This document shows, piece by piece, positions 54,273 to 63,350 of a stretch of DNA of 64,000 bases. The position numbers and the translations under genes are program-made. Location: positions 23,741 to 87,740 of the IMG/VR virus record IMGVR_UViG_3300027722_000005. One strand, given 5' to 3'. Source of the DNA: a virus. The notes below the pieces were generated by a model that saw nothing but the letters and a program-made list of their open reading frames with translations, was not told where the DNA came from and did not search any database. The first letter of the stretch is position 1. Each line of letters starts with the position of its first letter.

Positions 54273-55511
54273 ATGAGAACAATCGCGGCAGCAAACGCAT
54301 ACCCGGACACGAAGGCAGCGGCTTACGCCGTGTGCGATGGCGTCAACGACGCACAGATCATCAACGACGTGCTGGCGGGGCTATCCCTCGGCGGCGAGAT
54401 CGCGTTGAGCGAAGGCGACTTTCACCTGCAAGCCTCTATCCAGATGCAGGAGAAAACGGCGCTCCGGGCGGGGCAGGCCACGCGGTTGTTCGTCAAGCAG
54501 AACGTGCACGGCGTCCAACTGGCACGGTATTCGATGGTTAGCGGGGGGCAACTGAGGTATCTGGTGGCAACCGACAAGGCGGCCATCTACCTGCCATGTA
54601 ACCCGACCGTCTACGCACACACCGGCTATCTGACCATGGTAGAGAAAATGTGGATCACGGCAGCGGGGAACGATTACACGCAGGGCCATGGCGTTTTCAT
54701 CGACGCGACCATGCCCGAGTATTGTTTCGCAACGGGTGTGCGTTTCCGCGATCTCTATATCTACGGCTTTCGGGACTCGATCCGCATCGAGTCGGCGGTC
54801 GGCACCGAGAACTGGATCAACTCCAATTATTTCGACAACATCTATGCCCGCGCCTCGCAGTACGGCGTGTGGTGCCGGGGCGGGCACAACGTCTATACCG
54901 GGTTTGTGTACCAGTCGCACCCGTGCTCGGTGCGGGCGATTTACACGGACGGCATGGATCAATTCGTCGGGGGTCGCATCTGGGACTGGAACCAGACGGG
55001 CCAGGCCGTGGCGGTCGAGTGCCTGCACCCGAACGGGCCAACGCGCCTCGATATAGCGTGGGCCTACGGCGCGGCCGGGCCGCGCTCTGACCGGGTAGTT
55101 ACCTCAAGCGGCATGACCAAGGTTGCGGGGGTGACGCAAAACGTGGTGACGACAGCGCAAGTCGGCCCGAACGTGCTGCCCGATCCTCGCCTGGAGATCG
55201 GCACGTTCAGCGGGCAGGCGGTGTTGCTCACGGCGTCGGTGCGGCTCAAGTCGCAGAACGGCGGGGCACCGGCAATGCAGCTATTCCGCAGGTTACAGGG
55301 CGGGGCCGCCTGGACACCGGCCTGCGCCGTGATATTCGGCGTCCCGACTGTTCCCGGCGGGCATCAAACGCTCGTGGCGGCGTCCATCGACAAGCCGTAT
55401 TCGGCAACGTGGGAGTACGGGATCTCGTGGGGCAACATCTATCAGGGCACGGACACGATCACGGCGGAGGGTGCCGACCGCGAGTTAACAGCGGTCGTGT
55501 TGGCCGCGTGA
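54273..55511 (+). CDS. Pectin-lyase-like beta-helix protein (spike/depolymerase-like)
   Basis: CDGVNDAQIIN...GGEIALSEGDF start; Asn-ladder-like repeats. Confidence 0.7.
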   Translation: MRTIAAANAYPDTKAAAYAVCDGVNDAQIINDVLAGLSLGGEIALSEGDFHLQASIQMQEKTALRAGQATRLFVKQNVHGVQLARYSMVSGGQLRYLVATDKAAIYLPCNPTVYAHTGYLTMVEKMWITAAGNDYTQGHGVFIDATMPEYCFATGVRFRDLYIYGFRDSIRIESAVGTENWINSNYFDNIYARASQYGVWCRGGHNVYTGFVYQSHPCSVRAIYTDGMDQFVGGRIWDWNQTGQAVAVECLHPNGPTRLDIAWAYGAAGPRSDRVVTSSGMTKVAGVTQNVVTTAQVGPNVLPDPRLEIGTFSGQAVLLTASVRLKSQNGGAPAMQLFRRLQGGAAWTPACAVIFGVPTVPGGHQTLVAASIDKPYSATWEYGISWGNIYQGTDTITAEGADRELTAVVLAA

Positions 55512-55545
55512 CAATGCCGCGAGTCACAGGGCGGCAATCGGCTAG

Positions 55546-56343
55546 ATGATGAGATACCTGGCAATCCTCGCAATCCTGATACTGTCTGCTTCTGGCACAA
55601 CGCAGCCGCCAACGTCGTTCGTCTACGTCCCGGCGGTTACGGTCAACGTCGTGACCTATTCACCGCTAAAGGGCGTCGGCCTGGACGCCAGAAGCGGGGT
55701 CAACCTGAATTGTGGCGACTCGGCAAGCGTGGGCGCGGGCTGGTGGCACAACTGGAGCCCGTCTGCCAGGGGCTGCGCGTCGCCGGGCTTTGTCGCTACC
55801 GTCTACAGCGCGGCTTTCCTGGGGCAACCGGCGGGGGGCAGCGGGCCGATGTTCGGCTACAACGAACCGGACAGGCCGGACCAAGCCAACGTGACGGCGG
55901 CACAGGCGGCACAGGCCACGGCGCAAATGCTCACGCTGTACCCCGGACGGCCCATCATCGGCGCGACTATCTCACACCTGGGGCGGGCCATGTACTACCC
56001 GGCCTATCTGGCAGAGTTGGACCGGCTTGGGGTAAGCGGGCGGCTGCACGGCCTGAGTCTCAACTGCTACCTGTCGGTGCCGGATTGCCAGGCATACGTC
56101 AACCAGGTGCGCGGTTGGGCCAGTCAGCGGGGCATCCCTACCGTGTGGCTTAAAGAGTTCCGCCTTGACGACGTGAGCCAGGGGCAGACCATGATCGAGT
56201 GGCTGGAAGCAAACGGGATCTACTATGCCTGGTTCATCTCGCGCCTGCCAGCCGACCAGACGCGGGCGGGGCTATGGAGTGCGCCACTGTTTGACGGCGC
56301 GGGGCAGCTCACGCCACACGGCACGATGTACCGGGCGCAATAG
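55546..56343 (+). CDS. Secreted glycoside hydrolase (GH128/Glyco_hydro_cc-like)
   Basis: Signal peptide; WWHNW, GYNEPD, WLKEF, YAWF. Confidence 0.8.
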   Translation: MMRYLAILAILILSASGTTQPPTSFVYVPAVTVNVVTYSPLKGVGLDARSGVNLNCGDSASVGAGWWHNWSPSARGCASPGFVATVYSAAFLGQPAGGSGPMFGYNEPDRPDQANVTAAQAAQATAQMLTLYPGRPIIGATISHLGRAMYYPAYLAELDRLGVSGRLHGLSLNCYLSVPDCQAYVNQVRGWASQRGIPTVWLKEFRLDDVSQGQTMIEWLEANGIYYAWFISRLPADQTRAGLWSAPLFDGAGQLTPHGTMYRAQ

Positions 56344-56385
56344 GGATAGCAGCAACCAGCTACTTTCGACAAACAGGGAGGGCTT

Positions 56386-56625
56386 TTGGCGCAAACTGAC
56401 GATCTCAAAAACGTTGCCAGCGTTCCAGAAGCGGGCCGTTGCGGCGATTCCGTATGCAGTTGCAACCGGGCCGCAACCGACGAAACGGCGTTCTGGGAAA
56501 AGGTCAATCGCCTGCTAATCTCGCTCGTCTGCGAAATCGAGCGCGACAAGCTGCACTGTACCTACACCACATCGGAGCTTCGCAAGGTAGGCAGGGAGGT
56601 ATTATGCAAAGCGGGCAAAACTTGA
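56386..56625 (+). CDS. Hypothetical protein
   Basis: GGAGG RBS, TTG start. Confidence 0.5.
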   Translation: MAQTDDLKNVASVPEAGRCGDSVCSCNRAATDETAFWEKVNRLLISLVCEIERDKLHCTYTTSELRKVGREVLCKAGKT

Positions 56626-56750
56626 CATGGTTTTGAACTTGTGATAGCCTAAGACTGTAATGCAATAGAATATTAGGCCAAGCGCAAGCTACGCCGACCT
56701 TTCCGACGGTACGCGAAAGCCAACCGCCGAGAAGGTCGGCGTTTTTGTTT
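56622..56750 (+). promoter_or_regulatory. Promoter plus terminator-like leader upstream of head genes
   Basis: TTGACA at 56622; ACGCCGACCTT/AAGGTCGGCGT stem then TTTTT. Confidence 0.55.
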
Positions 56751-56759
56751 GGAGTGGTG

Positions 56760-57950
56760 ATGCCTGACCCTGGCAAGTACGAAACCGAAGACGACTGGAT
56801 GGCGGCCTGCGTTCCCAAGCGCATCGCGGAAGGGAATGGGCAAGAGCAAGCCGTGGCCGCCTGCCTGGATATGTGGAAGGAAGCAGAGATGAAGGAAAGC
56901 CTGTGGCAGCACGTCAAGGGACTCTTCACCAAGAAGGTCGAAATGCCACACCCCTTCATGGTCTGGAAAGAGGGCGATACCTACCGTTGGCTCGCCGTCT
57001 ACTCCAGCAAATACCGAGACGACGACAACCCGCCCGAGATCCTGAGCGAGTCCGCGCACAAAGACTTCGTGGACGCCGTGGACAAGGGCGAGTGGCCGAT
57101 GCCCGAGCTGTGGCTTTGGCATGTGAAGGGCACAAGGTCGGGGGCGGCCGACTACGTGGCCTACGACGATTCAGGATTTGCCATCGCATCCGGGGCGTTC
57201 GACAAGGACAAAGAGCACATCGCCTCCAGGTTGGCGGAGTGCGACGACCTGTCCACGTCCCACGGGATGCCCATGGCCGAAATCCGGCGCGAGGAAGCAG
57301 ACTCGACGATCATTTCGCGCTACAGGTCCAAGGAGATCAGCCCCCTTCCCCGTTGGGCGGCTGCCAACAAACACGGTACGGGATTTAGCATTCTGTCGAA
57401 GGAGGCAGACATGGCAATACCGGAGAAAAAGCGGCCCTTCCTTGAGGGAATCATGGGGAAGGATGCCGTCGAGGGCCTGGAGCGCCAGCTTGAGGGCAAG
57501 GCCAAAGAACTGGAAGCCGAGGGCGTCGAGTACAAGGAAGAGGAAGTGACCGAGGAAGTGACCGAAGCCAAGGAAGAGGAAGTCGCAGAAGAGGCACCGC
57601 AGGTCGTCACCCATGACGAGCTGACCCAGGTGTTCGAGGGCTACATCAAGCCCATGGTCGAGGCGATGGTCGGCTTGCGGGCGACCGTCGAGGCGCTGGG
57701 CAAGGAACTCAAGGAGCAGGCCGAGGTCATCAAGGAACTCAGGGCCAGCGACGAAGAGAAGATCGAGAAGACCATGGCCCAGACCCCGGCGGCCTCACTC
57801 TTTGGCCGCATCGGCTCGGTCATCGGCGCCGACGAAACCCTGATTGACGGGCGCTCGGGACTGGCCAAGTCCAAGCCCAAAGAGGCCGTAGACGACAGCG
57901 GCCCAACGCCGGTTCCCTACCTGAACCAGCTCATGGCTCGCGGAGGTTAA
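56760..57950 (+). CDS. Capsid maturation protease/scaffold protein
   Basis: LWLWH, TSHG, EISPL...AAN protease-like motifs; Glu-rich coiled coil; upstream of capsid. Confidence 0.7.
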   Translation: MPDPGKYETEDDWMAACVPKRIAEGNGQEQAVAACLDMWKEAEMKESLWQHVKGLFTKKVEMPHPFMVWKEGDTYRWLAVYSSKYRDDDNPPEILSESAHKDFVDAVDKGEWPMPELWLWHVKGTRSGAADYVAYDDSGFAIASGAFDKDKEHIASRLAECDDLSTSHGMPMAEIRREEADSTIISRYRSKEISPLPRWAAANKHGTGFSILSKEADMAIPEKKRPFLEGIMGKDAVEGLERQLEGKAKELEAEGVEYKEEEVTEEVTEAKEEEVAEEAPQVVTHDELTQVFEGYIKPMVEAMVGLRATVEALGKELKEQAEVIKELRASDEEKIEKTMAQTPAASLFGRIGSVIGADETLIDGRSGLAKSKPKEAVDDSGPTPVPYLNQLMARGG

Positions 57951-57952
57951 AC

Positions 57953-59383
57953 GTGGAAGACAAAGACATTGCCCTCGTGGAGAGGGTTCTGAAGGCAATC
58001 CAAGAAGAGGACCACCAGAAGCACACGGCGACGGGCATCATGACCGCGCAGCAGCTTCACGGCCTCGGCGGCGTCTTTACCCAGCTCGGCGCGGAACCGG
58101 AGGTCTTTTCGACCCACGTGCGCCCGCAGTCGATCTCCAACATCCTGCCCATGTTCCCATCGGTGGACGAAGACCCGCGCTACTGGACGCTGACCGGCTT
58201 CACGGCACCTGACGGCAGCCAGCCGACCAACGCCTGCGACGATGCCCCCACGGGCTTTACCAAGGCGTGCCAGCTCACCGCCTATTTCGGCCTCAAGCGG
58301 TTCGACACGCAAGAGATCGAGATGGACAAGGTGATGCTCAGGGTCAACCGCGGCGACTTCAAGGACTTGCGGCTGATGGGCAACGCCATCATCGGCGGCA
58401 CGAACCTGATGCCCGGCGGGATCACCCGCGACAACGCCTTGAACGTCATCACCAAGATGGAGATGCTGCGCACCGCCGGCTACATGGAGATGGCGCTGCA
58501 CAACGACATCTGGCAGGGCACCGTCGCCGCCGGCACGTTCCCCGGCCTGGCCGTCCAGATCGCCACCGGGCAGTTGGACGCCGCGAGTGGCGTGGCCTGC
58601 CCGTCGCTCGACTCGGACATCAAGGACTTTGCCTACAACAGCGTGTGCGGCACGGGCCTGGACATCGTGGAGTACCTGAGCGCCATGATGTACTACCTGG
58701 AGAGCCTGGCGAACTCGACCGGCATGGGGCCGGTGAAGTACGTCCTGGCGATGCGCCCGCAGCTCTGGTTCGAGTTGTCGGCCTGCTGGCCCTGCTCCTA
58801 CCTCACCAACCGCTGCCTGAACGCCGGCAGAATCGGCCAGGACGTTGTGACCGTCCAGGGTGCCGAGCAGGTGTCCATGCGCGACCAGATGCGCAACTCC
58901 AAGACCATCCCCATCAACGGCATCTACTATGACGTGGTGCTGGATACCGGCATCTTCGAGCACAACAACGTCACCAACGCCAATGTGCCCGCCGGTTCCT
59001 TCGCCTCGACCATCTACGCCGTGCCGCTGACCGCGACCGGCGGCTTCCCCGTCACCTACCGGGAGTACGTGGACTACCGCGGGGCGGCCCCCGACGAGGC
59101 GCTGCTGCGCAACAAGCAGTCGTGGTTCAACACCGACGCCGGCTCCTACTCGTGGACCTACCTGGAGAAGAGATGGTGCTACTCGCTGAGTCTGAAGACC
59201 GAGCAGCGCATCGTGCTGAGAACGCCGCAACTGGCGGGTGCCCTACAAAACATTCTCTACTCGCCACTCCAGCACCTGCGGGAACCTGACTTCAGCAACG
59301 CCTACCATGTCGATGGCGGCGTTTCGCTCCGCACCGCCGGCACTCGCTATGCCGTCTGGGCGGCCCAGGGCGTGGGCCGCTAA
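57953..59383 (+). CDS. Major capsid protein
   Basis: 476 aa after scaffold; strongly biased codons; FPGL and RIVLRTPQLAG pattern. Confidence 0.8.
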   Translation: MEDKDIALVERVLKAIQEEDHQKHTATGIMTAQQLHGLGGVFTQLGAEPEVFSTHVRPQSISNILPMFPSVDEDPRYWTLTGFTAPDGSQPTNACDDAPTGFTKACQLTAYFGLKRFDTQEIEMDKVMLRVNRGDFKDLRLMGNAIIGGTNLMPGGITRDNALNVITKMEMLRTAGYMEMALHNDIWQGTVAAGTFPGLAVQIATGQLDAASGVACPSLDSDIKDFAYNSVCGTGLDIVEYLSAMMYYLESLANSTGMGPVKYVLAMRPQLWFELSACWPCSYLTNRCLNAGRIGQDVVTVQGAEQVSMRDQMRNSKTIPINGIYYDVVLDTGIFEHNNVTNANVPAGSFASTIYAVPLTATGGFPVTYREYVDYRGAAPDEALLRNKQSWFNTDAGSYSWTYLEKRWCYSLSLKTEQRIVLRTPQLAGALQNILYSPLQHLREPDFSNAYHVDGGVSLRTAGTRYAVWAAQGVGR

Positions 59384-59496
59384 CCGAAAGGAGTTCGTAG
59401 GGCGGTTCGGCCTTCGGGCCTGATCGTGGCGGGAGGGTTTGGCTGGCTTTCCTCCTTTCACAGCCAGCCCTCCCGCCGAATAGAAAGGGGGATCGG

Positions 59497-59748
59497 ATGT
59501 ACGAATATAAGGTCGTGCCTATCGGGCGGGACTTGGACAAGGACTATCCCGCCGAGAGCATCGAGTTCGTGGAGAACGCCACGCTGGCGGAGGCTCTGCA
59601 AGTGGCCTGTGGCAGCTATGCGGCCCTGGGCTGGAAGCTGCTCAACAGCCACGTCGAGGGCAACAGCGCCATCCTCATCTTCGAGCGCGTCACGCCCGAG
59701 TCGGCCAAGAGGATGATGGATGCCCTTGCCGCGACGGTGCCACAATGA
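59497..59748 (+). CDS. DUF4177-like small protein
   Basis: MYEYKVV...GWKL...LIFER. Confidence 0.65.
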   Translation: MYEYKVVPIGRDLDKDYPAESIEFVENATLAEALQVACGSYAALGWKLLNSHVEGNSAILIFERVTPESAKRMMDALAATVPQ

Positions 59749-60758
59749 GACACGTCATCACCGGCGGGGCGGGCATGATCGGCTCGCACCTGGCAGACGC
59801 CCTCACGGCGAGGGGTGAGCGGGTGCTGGTCGTTGACAACTTCAGCCGGGGCAAGCTGGCGAACCTGACCGGGGCCATCCAGACCGGACTGGTCAAGGTG
59901 TGCCACCTGGACCTGGAGCACAAGCCGCTGGAGTTGGAGCCCGACGACGTGGTGTGGCACCTGGCGGCCAAGGTGGCAGGCATCGAGTACAACCGGCACA
60001 ACCAGTACGAGATGCTGCGGGCCAACCTGGCAATCAACACCAACGTCATCGAGGCAGTGCGCAAGGCAAAGCCGGCGCTGTTCTGCTTTGTCTCAACCGT
60101 CTGTGTCTACCCGGCCGATGCGCCCGTTCCGACGCCGGAAAGCGCGGGCGACGTGGGCAACCCGGAGCCGACGAATCACGGTTACGGCGTGGCAAAGTGG
60201 CTCGGGGAGCAGATGGTCAAGCACCTTCACAAAGAGCACAACCAGGCGTGCTTCATAGTTCGCCTGAACAACGCCGCCGGGCCGCGGGATTACTACGACC
60301 CCGAATCGTCGCACGTCATCCCGGCGCTCATCCGCCGGACACTTGCGGGCGAGAACCCCGTCGTCGTGTGGGGCTCGGGCAAGCAGACGCGGGTGTTCGT
60401 GGACACCCGGGACATCGCCAAGGCGCTGGTGCTGTTGGGTGACCTTGTGCCGACCCTGTATGAATCTACGGCCTTTGCCTGTCGATGGAAAACGATTGGC
60501 AATATGCTCAGGAACACGGGGCCACTGGTTATCAACATCGGCCACGAGCGCGAAACGTCCATCGCGGAAGTGATCGATACCGTAGTCAGACAGTCTGGAT
60601 TGGACGTGGGCTACGAGTTCGACACGTCGAAACCCGATGGGCACGCCCGGCGGATGCCCGACGTGTCGCAACTCAAGGGGTTCATCGGCTGGCTGCCGGA
60701 TCGCAAGCTGTCCGACACGGTTGCCGACATGATCGCCGACTACAGGGGGCGCGGATGA
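59745..60758 (+). CDS. NAD-dependent epimerase/reductase, GDP-fucose synthase/ColC-like
   Basis: GGAGMIG, HLAAKV, CVYP, EPTNHGYGVAK, SHVIPALIRR, VWGSG. Confidence 0.88.
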   Translation: MRHVITGGAGMIGSHLADALTARGERVLVVDNFSRGKLANLTGAIQTGLVKVCHLDLEHKPLELEPDDVVWHLAAKVAGIEYNRHNQYEMLRANLAINTNVIEAVRKAKPALFCFVSTVCVYPADAPVPTPESAGDVGNPEPTNHGYGVAKWLGEQMVKHLHKEHNQACFIVRLNNAAGPRDYYDPESSHVIPALIRRTLAGENPVVVWGSGKQTRVFVDTRDIAKALVLLGDLVPTLYESTAFACRWKTIGNMLRNTGPLVINIGHERETSIAEVIDTVVRQSGLDVGYEFDTSKPDGHARRMPDVSQLKGFIGWLPDRKLSDTVADMIADYRGRG

Positions 60759-61474
60759 AACCCAAGTACCGCGTCCTGCTCACGACTTGCGACCGCTACC
60801 TGCCGGCCCTGAAGCCCATGGCCTGGCTGATGGACAAATACTGGCAGCCCGCGCCCGACGTGCTGGTGGCGGGCTTCACGCCGCCCGACTTTGACCTGCC
60901 GGCCAACTGGACCTTCCAGAGCATCGGGCCGCAAGGGGACTATCCCTTTGGCCGCTGGAGCGACGCCCTGATTCGCCTACTGCACCTGGTTCCCGACGAC
61001 GTGTTCCTGCTGATGCTGGAGGATATGTGGCCCGTGCGCCAGGTGGACGCCGATGCGCTGAACATCCTGTACGACTACATGCTCCAGTTCCAGTACGTCG
61101 CCAAGATGGACGTGTGCGCCGACCGGCTCTATGCCATGGGCATGACCGACTACGGCCGTGTCGGGCGTCTCGACCTGATCCAGTCCATGCCGGGGAGTCC
61201 CTATCACCTGTCCCTCATGCCCGGCTTCTGGCGCAAGAAGCACCTGCTGGACGTGCTGATCCCCAACGAGTCGCCGCACCAGGTCGAGATCATCGGCACG
61301 CCGCGCCTGTCTTTCAAGCAGGACGTGATCGTGCTCGGGACCAGAAGCTGGCCACTGAGGGTCACCCTGGCCCTTCGGGGCGGGGATGTCTCGAAGCTCC
61401 TGCTGGGCGAAGTGGACGCGGAGGACCAGCGGGCCATGCGAGAGCTTGGCTACTTCAAGCCGTGGGAGGGGTGA
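60755..61474 (+). CDS. Putative glycosyltransferase-like protein
   Basis: TCDRY...WS...LLMLED pattern; sugar cluster context. Confidence 0.55.
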   Translation: MKPKYRVLLTTCDRYLPALKPMAWLMDKYWQPAPDVLVAGFTPPDFDLPANWTFQSIGPQGDYPFGRWSDALIRLLHLVPDDVFLLMLEDMWPVRQVDADALNILYDYMLQFQYVAKMDVCADRLYAMGMTDYGRVGRLDLIQSMPGSPYHLSLMPGFWRKKHLLDVLIPNESPHQVEIIGTPRLSFKQDVIVLGTRSWPLRVTLALRGGDVSKLLLGEVDAEDQRAMRELGYFKPWEG

Positions 61475-62634
61475 TGATCGGCGTCGGCACCTTCACCGTC
61501 AACGACGAAATGCGGCGGCTGGTCAACGTCGTCCTGGACTCCGGCAGAATCAGCTACGGTCCCCTGTCCCGCGAGTTTGAAGCGGAGTTCGCCGCCATCC
61601 ACGAGTGCAAGTTCGGCGTCCTGTCCAATTCGGGCACGTCATCCTTGCAGGTCGCCCTGCAAGCCATGAAGGATCTGTACGGCTGGCGGGACGGCGACGA
61701 GATCATCACCCAGTCCGTGACGTTCGTGGCCACGGTCAACGTCGTCCTGCACAACCGCCTGAAGCCCGTCCTGGTGGACATCGACGAGTGCTACGGGCTG
61801 AACCCTGAACTGCTGGAAGCGGCCATCACCGAAAAGACAAGGGCCGTGATCCCCGTCCACCTGTTCGGGCAGCCGTGCAATATGCAGGCCATCGCGCCCA
61901 TCGCCCGCAAGTACGGCCTGTACATCCTTGAGGATAGTTGCGAAACCATGTTCGCCTCGCATCGCGGGCGAATCAGTTGGGGCGACGTGGCCTGTTACTC
62001 GCTTTATGTCGCGCACCTTCTCACGGCGGGCGTGGGGGGAATTGCGACGACCAACGACCCTGACTTGGTTATCAAGATGCGCTCGCTGGTCAACCACGGG
62101 CGCGACGGCATCTACCTGTCCATCGACGACGACGACGGCCTGAGCGGCGAGCGGCTGAAAGAGGTCGTGCAGCGGCGCTTCAACTTCGAGAGCGTGGGCC
62201 ATTCCTACCGCGTCACCGAGTTGGAAGCGGCGCTGGCCCTGGGGCAGTTGGACGGCTGGCGGGAGATGATCCGCCAGAGACAGGAGAACGCCGACTACCT
62301 GACGGCCGAGCTGTCGGACCTGGAGGGGCACGGTTGGCTGACGCTGCCGCACACCAGGCGGGGCACGGAAAGCGCGAGGATGATGTACCCCGTCGTGGCG
62401 GATACGGACAAGTGGGCGCTGTGCGGGCACCTGGAGGGGCACGGCGTCGAGACGCGGGAGATGCTGCGGCTGACCGACCAACCGGCATACCGGGGGCTGT
62501 GGCGACCGGAGGACTACCCCATGGCGGAGTGGGTGAACAAGCACGGGATTTACTGTGGGTGCCATCAAGGGCTTACCCGGGCCGACCTGGACCAGATCGT
62601 GGACGCTTTTTACAGCTATGGGTGGGGAACGTGA
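61474..62634 (+). CDS. DegT/DnrJ family enzyme, ColD-like (His at the Schiff-base Lys position)
   Basis: NSGTSSL, VHLFG, EDSCE, SLYVAHLLTAGVGG. Confidence 0.85.
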   Translation: MIGVGTFTVNDEMRRLVNVVLDSGRISYGPLSREFEAEFAAIHECKFGVLSNSGTSSLQVALQAMKDLYGWRDGDEIITQSVTFVATVNVVLHNRLKPVLVDIDECYGLNPELLEAAITEKTRAVIPVHLFGQPCNMQAIAPIARKYGLYILEDSCETMFASHRGRISWGDVACYSLYVAHLLTAGVGGIATTNDPDLVIKMRSLVNHGRDGIYLSIDDDDGLSGERLKEVVQRRFNFESVGHSYRVTELEAALALGQLDGWREMIRQRQENADYLTAELSDLEGHGWLTLPHTRRGTESARMMYPVVADTDKWALCGHLEGHGVETREMLRLTDQPAYRGLWRPEDYPMAEWVNKHGIYCGCHQGLTRADLDQIVDAFYSYGWGT

Positions 62635-63350
62635 CCCTATCCATCGTCGAGGCCATCTGGAACCTGCCGGGGTCACTCCTGAACTACAACCTGGCGACGC
62701 TGACGCGGCAGACGGCGCCGCCGCTGGAGATCGTCGTCGTCAACGCCAGCTCCAACCAGGCGCTATTTGCCGAGGCCGAGGCCGTGTGTGCCAAGTATCC
62801 CCTGGTGCGCCTGGTGGCCGCGCCGTACATGACCTTCAACCTGTCGCGCAACCTGAACGTCGGCATCCGCGAGAGCCGGGGCGAGTACGTCCTGCTGACC
62901 GCCGCCGACCAACTGTTCTCACCAAACCTTCTGGAAGAGGTCTACCGTACCATGGGGCCGGGGCGGGTAGTGGGCAGCACGCGGGGCGACCTGCCCATCG
63001 GCTTCGACCTGGGGGACGCGGCGACGCTGGTGGAACGCTGGGGCGACCTGCTGGCGAAATCCATCCCGCCGCAAAAGTTCTCGCCGGGGACCATCATCTG
63101 CACGACAAGCGAGTGGCTGCACCGGGTCCGGGGATTGGACGAGGTTCGCTGCCCGTACAACTACTGCGACTCGGACCTGCTGACCCGCACGCAGATGGAC
63201 GGCTTGCAACCCGTCAGCCTTGGCTGGGGGCCGGCGCAGATCCTGCACATCGCCCATCCGCGCAACAACGCCCTGTACTACATCACCAGCGGGATGCCCG
63301 ATAGAAACCTGCCCGTGGTGCGCAACCCTGACGGCTGGGGGCGGATATGA
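62631..63350 (+). CDS. GT2 family glycosyltransferase
   Basis: EIVVV, NVGIRESRGEYV, AADQ, GLDE, DSDL, HIAH. Confidence 0.8.
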   Translation: MTLSIVEAIWNLPGSLLNYNLATLTRQTAPPLEIVVVNASSNQALFAEAEAVCAKYPLVRLVAAPYMTFNLSRNLNVGIRESRGEYVLLTAADQLFSPNLLEEVYRTMGPGRVVGSTRGDLPIGFDLGDAATLVERWGDLLAKSIPPQKFSPGTIICTTSEWLHRVRGLDEVRCPYNYCDSDLLTRTQMDGLQPVSLGWGPAQILHIAHPRNNALYYITSGMPDRNLPVVRNPDGWGRI

